64,000 bases of DNA from Octopus bimaculoides (Eukaryota), in assembly GCF_001194135.2 (NCBI RefSeq), contig NC_068997.1, forward strand, positions 2,286,829-2,350,828, written 5' to 3'. Below are positions 25,741-38,063 of the stretch, in pieces. Each line of letters starts with the position of its first letter. The stretch's first letter is position 1. Made by a program: the position numbers and the translations under genes. The notes beneath the pieces were generated by a model. It had not been told where the DNA came from. It saw only the letters and a list, made by a program, of their open reading frames with translations, and made no database searches.

Positions 25741-25950
25741 CACCACCAGCTGTACTGTCTATATTTAACATAGACCATCACCAGCTGTACTGTCTATATT
25801 TAACATAGACCATCACCAGCTGTACTGTCTATATTTAACATAGACCATCACCAGCTATATTGTCTATATTTAACATAGATCACCACCAGCTATATTGTCT
25901 ATATTTAACATAGACCACCACCAGCTGTATTGTTTATATTTAAGATACAG
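25741..25950. repeat. 35-bp minisatellite, 6 copies
   Basis: ca(c/t)caccagct(g/a)ta(c/t)tgtctatatttaacatagac tandem units counted directly. Confidence 0.95.
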
Positions 25951-26360
25951 CATCTTTAGTAACTGTGTTGAGTATGTATTTAGAGAAATTGAGGTTGTAT
26001 TACACTGATGCAAGAGATAGAGAGAGAGAAAGAGCTTCATCTGATTTGTGTGCAACACAGTTTATTTCACATTGCTCCAGTTCGCTCTACTGCAGAAATG
26101 AGTTGCAGGGTCACTGGTACCAAGTTGTATCGGCCTTTGCCTTCCCCTCTGACTATATCTGTGGCATGGAGAGGAGACAGTGGTATGCATGGCTGACTGC
26201 TGGTCTTCCACAAAAACACTTTTCCTCAGAGAAGAACTTTCTAGGTTCAATCCCATGATCATTCATGACTGACGGAGGTCTTAACTTACTATATATTGGT
26301 GTAGGCATGGCTGTGTTGCTGGATTTAGTCACACTGCACAGCACCTTGTGTAAGTGTCTT

Positions 26361-26398
26361 CTGTCTGAAGAACGGGAACGTGAAACTCCGAGTAACAG
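26361..26398 (+). ncRNA. Minimal type-I hammerhead ribozyme motif (Penelope-like type), intact core
   Basis: CTGT CTGAAGA ACG-GGAA-CGT GAA ACT-CCG-AGT A|ACAG: stem I CTGT/ACAG, core CUGANGA and GAAA, stem II with GNRA loop, stem III ACT/AGT, GUA cleavage triplet. Confidence 0.8.
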
Positions 26399-26510
26399 TC
26401 TTTTATTATATTTCTGCTGCTTTTAAATAAAGCATATTACTCTACCTCTGGTATTTGAGTACTCGTTTTTTCCACCTTGATGCACATTTATGTGCTTACT
26501 CGGTATATAT
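26361..26510 (+). mobile_element. Probable solo PLE pseudo-LTR interrupting a CORE-like SINE head
   Basis: Starts at the hammerhead directly after SINE core sequence gcaccttgtgtaagtgtctt; AT-rich body with AATAAA; ends in (TA)n. Confidence 0.5.
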
Positions 26511-26519
26511 ATATATATA

Positions 26520-27122
26520 TCCTTTACTTATTTTGGTCATTAGACTGCGGCCATGCTGGAATACCACCTTGAAGAAATTTTAGTCGAATGCATCAATCCC
26601 AGGACTTAGGGATTGTTAAGCATTGTACTAATTGTAGCAGTCTTTTTGCAAAACTGCTAAGTTATAGGAACACAAGTACAACTAATACCAGTTGTCAAGC
26701 AGTGGTGGGGGACAAACACAGTCACAAAGACACACACACACACATGACAGACTTTGTAGAGTTTCCACTTACCAAATTCACTTAGAAGGGTTTTGCTGGC
26801 CTGAGGCTATTGTAGAAGACACTTGCCCAAGGTGCCACACAGTGGGACTGAACCCAGAACCTTGTGGTTGGGAAACAAGCTTACTATAGGCACAGGGCCC
26901 AAAAGTTTTGGGGAGGGGGCCAGTCACTTACATCAACCCCAGTACGCTATTGGTATTTAATTTATCGACCCTGAAAAGATGAAAGGTAAAGCTGACCTCG
27001 GCAGAATTTGAACTCAGAATGTAAAGACAGACGAAACACGGTTAAGCATTTCGCCCGGCGTCCTGACGTTTCTGCCAGTTTGCTGCCTTGGGAAAAAAGC
27101 TTCTTACCACACAGCCATGCCT
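26520..27122 (-). mobile_element. S1 SINE with a nested S2 SINE (26883-27089) in its head
   Basis: TSD gggaaacaagctt (26870-26882) / gggaaaaaagctt (27090-27102). Confidence 0.8.
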
Positions 27123-27176
27123 GTATGTATACATACTTGCTTTACTTGTGTGTTTTTATGGCAGTATCTGCAATGG

Positions 27177-27210
<34 letters not shown>

Positions 27211-27657
27211 ATGAGTGTGCAATGTTTAGTAATGACTACCCATTAGAGATAACATCCCCCCCACACCGTACATACATATACACACAACAATAACCAACAA
27301 CTCCCACCACTCCGCCCAGACCCATCCATAAGAAAGAAATGTTCAAGACTTAGTAACCACTAGTATCTGTTCCTGTTGTTGTTGTTGCTGTGTCTGTTTT
27401 TGTTCCATCTCTGACCAATTTACCATTCTATGAACAATAAACTTTACAGTTGACATTGCCAGAATTCACCTTCAATAGATATTTGAAAAAAACCGCAAAG
27501 TTATTCCGGTGGTTGTCAAATTGTCAGATGTGCTCCAGCTATGTTTTTAAACTTGCTCTTTGTCAGAGGTCAACTGACATGTGGGCTGTGGTGGAAGAGC
27601 TTTCTCATGTGTGTGTGTGTCTAATACATACATACATACGTATATATATATAAATAA

Positions 27658-27688
<31 letters not shown>

Positions 27689-27738
27689 CACACATGCACA
27701 TACATGTATGTAGATATATAAGTATGTACATATACATC

Positions 27739-27773
<35 letters not shown>

Positions 27774-27828
27774 TACATACTCTCCCACCCATGCTAGTAT
27801 GGAAAGCTGGAGTGAAATGATAATGATG

Positions 27829-27859
<31 letters not shown>

Positions 27860-27933
27860 CATATATGCATATATATATATGCATATATATATGCATGTGC
27901 ATGTATATGTGTGTATATGTGTATGTGTGTGTG

Positions 27934-27975
<42 letters not shown>

Positions 27976-28852
27976 TATATATGGAGAGAAAGATACAAAC
28001 ATACATATTTATATATATACATACATATATATATATATATACATACATATATATANNNNNNNNNNNNNNNNNNNNNNNNNNNNNNNNNNNNNNNNNNNNN
28101 NNNNNNNNATATATATATATATATATTAGATAGATAGATAGATACCTATGTATGCCTCTCTATATATATTCCTTCGCAGCTGCTTATTGATTCTATTGAT
28201 TCCCCAGTCACTCTCCCTTCACTGCATCTATTCAGGCTGACAAAAACATAAATTTGTGTTTTTGTCATCTGAGTGAATGCACACAGGCAAGAATATTTCC
28301 TCAACCAATAAACTCTACAAAACGAATTGAGTACTTTTTCTCTTGCTCTTACACCCGAAGATTGTGTCTGTGTATGCTTGTGTGTGTGTGTGTGTGTGTG
28401 TGTGTGTCAGTGCTTGTGTTTGCGAGTGCATGTATCTGCTAAGATGGCTTGTGGTTGGTGAATAAAGGTTCATGAAGAATCAATCTGCTGCTGTCAATCG
28501 CCACCTCACTGATGACTGAGGAGACCAACACTGGACAGAGATAGACTTCCATTGCACAAGAGATTCTCTCTTCGGTTCCGTGGTGCAGTCATTTTGCAGT
28601 CTTTGAAATTGCAACGCGTTTGCAGACGCATGTGTGTGTTGGTGAGAAAGACTCCACGACAATATAACCACCAGTAACTTTTAGGAGAGGGGTTGAATAG
28701 GTCATTACAATATTAAAGCCTTCCTGAAAAGCACTGATTGTAGAAGTGAAATAGTACTGACTAGAGATTGAATCTAGACTGCTGGTTCCACATTCTGGCA
28801 GTTTGCCTCACTGTCTCACCTTTCCACATCACATCTCTCTCCATATTGAAGT

Positions 28853-29225
28853 GGAGGCGCAATGGCCCAGTGGTTAGGGCAGCGGACTCATGGTCATAGG
28901 ATCGCAGTTTCGATTCCCAGACCGGGCGTTGTGTTTATTGAGCGAAAACACCTAAAGCTCCATGAGGCTCCGGCAGGGGATGATGGTGAACCCTGCTGTA
29001 CTCCTTCACCACAACTTTCTCTCTCTTACTTCCTGTTTCTGTTGTGCCTGTAATTCAAAGGGTCAGCTTTGTCACACTGTGTCACGCTGAATATCCCCGA
29101 GAACTACGTTAAGGGTACACGTGTCTGTGGAGTGCTCAGCCACTTGTACATTAATTTCACGAGCAGGCTGTTCCGTTGATCGGATCAACTGGAACCCTCG
29201 ACGTTGTAAGCAATGGAGTGCCAAC
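28853..29225 (+). mobile_element. tRNA-derived SINE family S3
   Basis: A box tggcccagtgg, B box gtttcgattcc; 3' ~190 bp shared with the 18678-19005 copy. Confidence 0.8.
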
Positions 29226-29645
29226 CATATTGAAATGTTACATTTTGAATAATTATAGTCAGGTTTATCTTACTTTTTTATTAACTTTTTTCAGTCATTT
29301 GACATCAGTCATGCTGGAGCACTACCTTGATAGTTTTATTTAGTCAAATAAATCAACCCCAGGACCTTGTTTCTTAAGCTTATACATATTTTATCAATTC
29401 TTTTTGCCAAACTGCTAAGTTATGGGCACGAAAACACACAAACACCAGTTGTCAAGCAATGGCAGTTGGACAAACACAGACACAAAGACACACACACACA
29501 CACACATATATTTGATGGGCTACTTTCAGTTTCCATGTACCAGATGTACTCACGAGTCTTCAATAAGCCTAAGGTTTTAGTAGAAAACAGTTGTCCAATG
29601 TGCTATGCAATGGGGCTGAACCCAGAACGATGATGATGATGATGA

Positions 29646-29689
<44 letters not shown>

Positions 29690-29845
29690 CCAAGGTTTCA
29701 AATTTGTACATTTAAAAAGAGAGAAATTCAACACCGTCGATTTTTTTCATTTATTTAATATCCGATGTCAACATTTCTGTGCTTGACTCTATCCAACCAT
29801 CGATCTGTTGAATATTTAACGTCTCGCATGTCATCAGGAATGGTT

Positions 29846-29908
<63 letters not shown>

Positions 29909-30099
29909 ATTGGATTCTTCAGTAATAGTGGAAGTAGCAATTGTGTTGGTGATGATTATGGTGGAGATTGATATTAATGACAAGGTAGAGTGGTGGTGGT
30001 GGTGGTGGTGATGCGCCACAAAGTGCCATGGGCAAATTTATGCCAAAGCTGTGCTGGAATTATTAGAAAACAAATTGTGTGAGTGACACTGTGTGTGCG

Positions 30100-30500
30100 T
30101 GTGTGTGAGAGAGAGAGAGAGGAGAGGGAAGAGACAGGAGACGATGAGAAAAGTGAAAAGGATCGACAGAGAGAGAGTGATAAAGAGAGAAAAGTCATGT
30201 TATATGAGAGGAGAGAGACAGAAGACGAAGAGAGGGGGGAAAAACCAACAGAGAGAGAAAGGGAGAAAGAGAAATGTTGAGGAGAGGGAGGAGGAAGAGA
30301 AAAGTGAAAGTGATCTGGAGAGAGAAAGTGAGGGAGAGAGAGAGAGAAGGAGAAAGTGAAAAATGATCAACAGAGAGAAAGAGAGACAGAAATGTATAGG
30401 AGAGGAAAGAGAAAAAAGAAGAGAATAGAAAAGTGAAAGAAATTAAAAGATCGAAGGAGAGGGAGAGAGAGGGAGGAAAGAGAGGAGAGATGATATAGAA
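30100..30500. repeat. Purine-rich (GA)n low-complexity tract
   Basis: Almost exclusively A/G on the plus strand; a similar tract lies at ~49900-50300. Confidence 0.9.
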
Positions 30501-31579
30501 TTATAAAATAACCATAACTGCAATAACAACAACAGCTTTGATATTAAGACTTAAAATGAAGACAGGAATATAAAAGCAAGGTGTATAAAATACATCATAG
30601 CGACACGTTGTTGTTGCTGTTGTTGTTGGTGGTGGTTTGATAGAGTTGAGAAGGTTTAACGAAGACGTGTGTCTGTGTGTGTGCGCATAAAGCCTCGTCA
30701 GTTTTAATGACGGTTTAACTACATGAATCATTATCATTATCATAACTACCATCGTATGTGAGACCATCATCATCATCATCATTATCATCATCGTCGTCAT
30801 CATCATCATCATCATCATCAATGCTGATAAAAAAAAATATCGTTATCATCAATGAAGTATCATCACCGTCATCATTACTCTGCTTTAACCCTCATTGTTA
30901 CGAGTGTCATCATTAATAAACGAGTGAAACAACAGTGTCATAAAACCGTCATCATCATCATTGTCATCATCATTCCTAGGACCACCACCACCTCCTGTAA
31001 TAACCAATCTTCTACTTGATATTTTAAAACTAACTTCAACCTCCCCCACTAACTGTATTTTCATTAACTTTGATTCTATAAATTACAGACCCCAAAATAA
31101 TGAATAGGGGCTGCCTTCTGGCTGGTTTTAGAACCTTGCTGTCTGGATAGAAGCATACTATTTAGTTACGGGGGGGGGGGGTCAACTCCCGCCCACCCGT
31201 ACAGTGATAGAGGGGGTTCCATTTGTTGTTTGTGAACATTGACAGCAGGTGAGATGAGAGATGGTGGGGGTATGAGTGATAAGGTGGACTTATTGGAATG
31301 GGGAGATCGCTGGAGTGCGGGGGTGGGGAGACAGAGGGCACATGTAGAGTAATGAGGCTGGGAGGGGGCAAGAATAATGGTGATGGTAAGGGGGGAGGTG
31401 TATGGAGAGGTATGAGTAATAGAGAGATAACTGAAATGAACATGGAAGAGGAATGTGGGCCAGGTGATCATCAGGTATATTAAGAGGAATGTGAGGAGAG
31501 GCAGCAAATATAGGCTGGGAAGGACAAACACACACACACGCACACACACATGCCTCAAATTTTATCACAACTCTCGTTT

Positions 31580-32095
31580 CAACATGCTGCACTGACGGTG
31601 GCCAGGTTTTCTGCAGCACTGTGTATCATCAATAAAGATGATCCTTTGACTCCTCTGTGAAAAGATGCTGCATCTCACAGATGCAACATCATCAGGTTAG
31701 CCCTCACCACCTTGTCCAAAGTTTTTCTTGATCTTCTTTGTCTACAGCAGACAGCACTTCCATATGCAGCAATCAACTTCCATATGCATCACAAGTCCAT
31801 ACCAAAACAGTGTTCTCTCTTGCATCTGATTCTCTTTATAACCAAAATTTCTCTAAGCTTATTTGTACTCTGATGTTCATGTACACAAACATTGTGCATC
31901 CACTGAAGCATGTCTGCTGCATTTCTTTGTAGTTTTCAAAACTTCTGTACATTCATTCAAAACCCTTGTCTCACTACCATGCAACTTGGCTTTTCTAACA
32001 CAAGCATCATACAACCTGCTCTTATCTCTGGAAGACAAGACATTTTTTTGCCAACAGAAGTAACAGTTCCCTGAACTTTTTACTGCATGTCTCCT
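31580..32095 (-). mobile_element. Old RTE RT C-terminal fragment
   Basis: Broken frames KKFRELLLLLAKK, RLYDACVRKAKLHGSETR. Confidence 0.8.
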
Positions 32096-32520
32096 CCATT
32101 GGACACAAACCTCGGCTTGTGAAGACATGTTGGGGCAAGCGAAAGTGAAATCGTGATGGCACCTGTGCCCAGCATCGCTTTCCTGGCACTCGTACCAGTG
32201 GCACGTGTAAAGACATTCGAGTGAGATCGTTGCCAGTACCGCTGGACTGGCTCCAGTGCAGGTGGCACATAAAATACACCATTTTGAGCGTGGCCATTGC
32301 CAGTACCACCTGACTGGCCTTCGTGCTGGTGACACGTAAAAGCACCTACTACACTCTCTGAGTGGTTGGCATTAGGAAGAGCATCCAGCTGTAGAAACTC
32401 TGCCAAATCAGATTGGAGCCTGGTGTAGCCATCTGGTTTCACCAGTCCTCAGTCAAATCGTCCAACCCATGCTAGCATGGAAAGCAGACGTTAAACGCTG
32501 ATGATGATGATGACGATGTT
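32096..32520 (+). mobile_element. RTE family A 3' UTR with tail
   Basis: Repeated gcacgtaaaa(g/t)cacc units, ccatgctagcatgg, (GAT)n tail. Confidence 0.88.
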
Positions 32521-35500
32521 CTTACTTTGGCTACTATACTTTCAGAGCTACACCATCCCCCTACTAATTTTGTTTCCTTGGTTACAAAAGTGAGCTATCC
32601 AGTCATTTAAGAGAAACAATTTCTGGTATGCTGTTAATGCTTATTGCTCAAGAGCATCTACTCTGAGGTAGAATATTTTGACCTGGTACAACTAGTTTCA
32701 ATGCTAAAGTGTATAAACGATCCTCACAAGACATATGTCTACACCTAATTTTCTTAGTAACTACCAAATTACTAAGAGTGGCCTTCTGTTAAAGATTTCT
32801 AAGTCACTGAATCTTAGATACAGTGGCTGACTCTTAGCTAAGTACATACTTTGCCTGCAGTTGTTCTATTAGGAAGATGTCATCTGTGGTATCTCTGCCA
32901 GGTACTAAGTTAGATGAACTGCATCCCATGAAGGCTAATTTAGTCCCTAATCGTTTGTGCTTTGAATCATTCTTTGATCATCATAGCCTGGTTTAGTAAT
33001 TTGATTCTTCTTTAGTGCCGTGTAGCACCTTATAGAGATACTCCTATATCAGTCATTAATTATGACACTTTCCTAAATTATGTAATTAACTATTTGGATG
33101 ATTAGCATGTGCCCTACGTTGCCAGATATCCTGAGTATCTCATTAACTATTCTTGATGGACCAACAGTTTTTCAATACTTCTATATCTTTAATTTCTCTA
33201 TCTGCTCTACCATACAAACATAAAACTAAGTGCCATACGGCAGTATTGAACTTGAAACTATAAGATCACATAATGAACATATTACCTACCCAGCTACAAA
33301 AGATATATTATCAAGTATGGCAAAGTTGATCATTTTGATCCAATAAGTGGAATCGTTAAATAATATAAGATTCTTCCTTTTTTTTTACCCCATTTAATAT
33401 ACTACTTTTTTAAAGAATTTTTCTGATCTTTTATTTACCAATTCTCCACTAAAATATCTTCTGTGAACTTTCATTATTTTTTCTTTCTTCTTCAAAATAT
33501 TACTTTCCTCCTTTGATTTCTGCTGTAGCTCACAGAAAATTGATCAGTCAAAAAAAAAAACATAGTAAGTTATTAAGCTATTTTCGAACTAATTATTTTC
33601 AAAATTAAACACAGATGTCTTCCCAGCTGCACCACACCCTATCATCACCGATTCCTTTTACTTTTGAAATTCAGACCTATTTTCGCTCCATTCCATTCCA
33701 TCACCACCCACTACAAGGAACTTTTTGGCAAAAACAAAAGTTTCATACAACATACAATACAAATATATAATTATATAAACCCGCATATATACAGATGTGT
33801 GTGTGTGTGTGTGTGTTTGTGAGTGTAAGATAGATACACATACAAGTGTGTGTATACATGTACATATATGTATGTGTGTATGTACGTATACTCCGGTATG
33901 TGCAAGCATGTGTATATGTGTGTACACAAAACACACCTATACATTACTTGGTACAAAAATTCTATGTAAATATATACACCCATAAACATGTATACATTGT
34001 GTATGTGTGTACATAAAATATAGACTTAATAATAAATACTTAAAAAAACAGTAACTCTATTACAGCAACAAAGAATTTTCAATGAATCATTTCAAAATGG
34101 AATAATGGATGTCATAAAAAAAGGTAAGCATTTCTTTTACCAACAAAGAATTTTTTTGTTTTTCAGGAATAATTTGCAGAAAAAAAAAATGAAAACTAAA
34201 TAAATATTGATATATATACTCTTTAAATTTAGTTTTGAGCTCATTAAGGTAGTATATAGTATAGTGCCACATTATGTTTTACCATTATTGGTGGTGGTAG
34301 AGGGGGAGAGTGGCACAGTAGTGTGGTGGAGTGATGTTACATGATGTGTTACCATTAATTACGCCACTAGAATGGTGGAAGAGTAGTAAAGCATCAGCAG
34401 GTGTCCAAAATTCTCTATGTCCTGTGCTCAAATTCTGTCAAGACAACTATGCTTTCAGTCCATTGTGGAGGAGCAGTGCCATTTTAAAGAATCAGATGAG
34501 ACGTTTCGGTGTATCTGTTGTGGCTCTCTGTCTTCTGGCAGTAACATCTATGACAACACTGGCACTAAGATGTACCAGTGCTTACTAGTCTTTTAGACAG
34601 CAACAACAATGTGGAGAAGGGACACTATTGTTTTTTTATAAATACCTTTATTTAAGTTAGCACTTGTGACAAGAACAGTCCAGAGTAGATCTATTGTGAT
34701 AGGACACATTCTGGGTTCAAATCTCAGTAAATCCCATAGGAACAGCCTAGAGTAGATCTATGACTATTACAAGACATACAGAGGTATAGGAGGATAAAGG
34801 GCAGCAGCTTGTCAGAGTCATTAGTGGGATAGACAATATACTGGGATAAGACAGATTCTGGGTTCAAATCTCAGTAAATCCCATTTCTAAACTTCTCCCA
34901 TACTGAGGTTGATAAAAGAAGAGCCAATCTTCTACAAGTGTTGATTAAATAACACTATTTCTTCTGCTCATATTAGATGTCAGAAATATTGAGGGAAGTG
35001 AATGGAAGCAGCAGTTAAAATGCCATGTGGTACTGCATTGCATTTATCACCACCCTCTTCTTTCTCTTCCAACTGGGATAACCCTATATCTCCTCTGCAG
35101 AAACTCACCTATTCCTGACCCTCTATGATACTCTATGGTCAGCGCAGAGGTGGCAGAATTGTTAACATACTGGGCAAAATGCTTAGCGCTATTTCATCCA
35201 CCTTTATGTCCACTAACACCATCCCCTTAAACATTTTCTGCCTGAATAACAAACCATTCTTCTTCTAATTCTACTTCTTCTCCTCCTCCTCCTCCTCCTT
35301 CTTATTATTATTGCTATCATTATTGTTGTTGTTGTTGTTGTCCTTGCTATTGTTGCTGCTGCTGCAATATTGCCTTTTGCCCTTTTTTTTTCCTGTTTAC
35401 TCATTCTAAGATTTATAATTAGTAAGTAACGAGAAAACAACAGATAATTAACAAATGGAATTGATAGGGAAGATGGAAGAAGCAAAAACATGAGAAAAAA

Positions 35501-35671
35501 ATAAAGACTTAGTAAACACACACACACACACACATACACACAATCATATGCAGATGTATATACATACACACAGTTATATTAGAGACAAATATATACACGC
35601 ACAACTATATAAATATATATTCACACACACATACAATTATATATAGACATACACACACACAATTATATAGA

Positions 35672-35713
<42 letters not shown>

Positions 35714-36116
35714 CAATTACATATAGAAGTGTATACACATACACAATTATATAACAACATGTATACACACATGCAATCATTTATAGACACAAAAGAAAAA
35801 ATGGGATGAGATGATATTTAATTATGATGAGATGTAAAAAACAATTTAAAGTCTTTATGAGAGAAGAAAAGAGTCTTTTAATGGAATGGCAAATGTAAAA
35901 AAAGAACAGCATGGAAATGATGAGGAGACAAATAAATGGATGTACATCTAGGTAGACGTATGTAACTCTACCTGCCTATCTCTAAATGTATGTATGTGTG
36001 TTTGTGCGTACTTATATGTGTGTGTATGTGTGCGTGTGTGTAGGCATGAACGCATGTATATATTGATAGATAAAGAGATAGATTATCTTTACTTGCTGGT
36101 CTGTAGACAAGTGAAT

Positions 36117-36202
<86 letters not shown>

Positions 36203-36400
36203 GAGAGAAAGAGAGAGAGAATCACAGATTCCTGTCTACACGATGGAAATAAAAAGATTTGAGTTCAAATGCAACCCACAAATACCACATCATTTTTACT
36301 TTCATTTTTCTATGTTGGTATTAGTTAGACAGGTTACAATGAACAAAAACTATTCTCGACCACTTGTTGCAGGCCTTCTGTAATGCTCAACATCCTAAAA

Positions 36401-36564
36401 CAGTGCCCCACAACCTTTTTGTTTCACTTGTGATACACTTATATTCTTTTCAAAATATAACTAAAAGTATAGGGAAGGAAACTGTATTCAGGTTACACTG
36501 CGGCACACTAAGCCTCATCGCATGGCACACTAGTGTGCTGTGGCATACCAATTGTGGTGCATTG
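36401..36564. mobile_element. hAT-type MITE, 164 bp
   Basis: TIRs cagtgccccacaa / ttgtggtgcattg; 8-bp TSD tcctaaaa (36393-36400) / tcttaaaa (36565-36572); internal palindrome gcacactagtgtgc. Confidence 0.75.
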
Positions 36565-36673
36565 TCTTAAAACTATGTGACTTTAAATTCTGGATTCAAC
36601 TTTGTTTTCTTCCATTTTATCACTACCATCATCATCATCTTTATTATTACAAGATCAATCCTCCCCACTTCCA

Positions 36674-36730
<57 letters not shown>

Positions 36731-37200
36731 NNNNNNNNNNNNNNNNNNNNNNNNNNNNNNNNNNNNNNNNNNNNNNNNNNNNNNNNNNNNNNNNNNNNNN
36801 NNNNNNNNNNNNNNNNNNNNNNNNNNNNNNNNNNNNNNNNNNNNNNNNNNNNNNNNNNNNNNNNNNNNNNNNNNNNNNNNNNNNNNNNNNNNNNNNNNNN
36901 NNNNNNNNNNNNNNNNNNNNNNNNNNNNNNNNNNNNNNNNNNNNNNNNNNNNNNNNNNNNNNNNNNNNNNNNNNNNNNNNNNNNNNNNNNNNNNNNNNNN
37001 NNNNNNNNNNNNNNNNNNNNNNNNNNNNNNNNNNNNNNNNNNNNNNNNNNNNNNNNNNNNNNNNNNNNNNNNNNNNNNNNNNNNNNNNNNNNNNNNNNNN
37101 NNNNNNNNNNNNNNNNNNNNNNNNNNNNNNNNNNNNNNNNNNNNNNNNNNNNNNNNNNNNNNNNNNNNNNNNNNNNNNNNNNNNNNNNNNNNNNNNNNNN
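36731..37200. other. Assembly gap flanked by (TA)n; representative of 11 N runs in the window
   Basis: N runs, most bordered by TA or CA microsatellite. ORFs crossing them are artefacts. Confidence 0.95.
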
Positions 37201-37239
<39 letters not shown>

Positions 37240-37243
<4 letters not shown>

Positions 37244-37510
37244 CATCTTGAGAGAAAAGTTATGCATAAGAGGAATCAGTTGTAGTGTGCAAGAGAGACG
37301 ATTGCGCTGGTATGGTCATGTGATGTGCATGAACAAGGACAGCTGTGTAAAGATGTGCCAATCTCTAACTGTGGAGGGAACCTGTGGTAGAGACAGACCC
37401 AGGAAGATGTGAGACTCGGTTCTGAAGCATGATCTTCAAACTTTGAGCCTCACCGAGGCAATGACTGGTGACCAAGATCTTTGGCGACACACCAGCATCT
37501 TAAAAAACAC
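37240..37510 (+). mobile_element. RTE RT C-terminal fragment
   Basis: SILREKLCIRGISCSVQERRLRWYGHVMCMNKDSCVKMCQSLTVEGTCGRDRPRK. Confidence 0.88.
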
Positions 37511-37754
37511 ATACAAAAGATTGCAGACTTTGCTATGTAAAAAGACAGGATGGGCATGGGTGGAATATCTTTGATTGCAAGTTTGTTCAAGTCAGGCTGA
37601 CCTGGAGTTGAACAGCAATAAACAGCCACAGACACACATGGCATCCCCACAGTCAACACATAGCTGTAGCAACGGTAGTGGTGGTGGTGGTGATGGTAGT
37701 GGTAGTAGTAGTAGTAGTAGTAGTAGTAGAAGAAAAAGAATGTGAACTGCTTAC

Positions 37755-37849
37755 CCGTTTTGCCAGCTCCACTTTCGCCTGAGATGATGATACATTGATC
37801 CAAGTTACGATCTCTCATTGATCGGTAGGCATAGTCTGTTATTGCATAT
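37755..37849 (-). CDS. Myo1b: Myosin I exon with P-loop, 95 nt, phase 2 to phase 1
   Basis: ctctttcacag|ATATGCAATA...AAAACGG|gtaagc. Joins the previous exon in frame: (I)YAITDYAYRSMRDRNLDQCIIISGESGAGKT. Confidence 0.97.
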
Positions 37850-38063
37850 CTGTGAAAGAGATATAGAGACAGTTAGATAGATATGTATATGTATATATAT
37901 ATGTATGTCTGTGCACACACGTGTATGTGTGTGTCTGTTATTGCATGTGGGATATATATATATGGAGAGAGTGAGAGAGAAATATATAGAAAGGTAGGTG
38001 TATATGTATATATGTTCATATATATATACAATATAATCTGTTATTATATATCTGTCGGATATA

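Noticed and set aside
25741-25950. CRISPR-like appearance of hairpin-containing 35-bp repeats
   Set aside because: Units are contiguous with no spacers, no cas genes, and the context is a eukaryotic intron.
28853-28935. tRNA gene
   Set aside because: A/B boxes are present but there is no complete cloverleaf, and the sequence continues into a dispersed SINE body.
29790-29845. Minus-strand CTGATGA in a PLE-end-like segment next to (TA)n
   Set aside because: Stem II and GAAA cannot be formed without several assumed mutations.
31580-32520. Inverted RT fragment joined to a forward RTE 3' UTR as a second twin-priming case
   Set aside because: The minus part is heavily decayed while the plus part is close to the young family A sequence; two insertions of different age are more likely.
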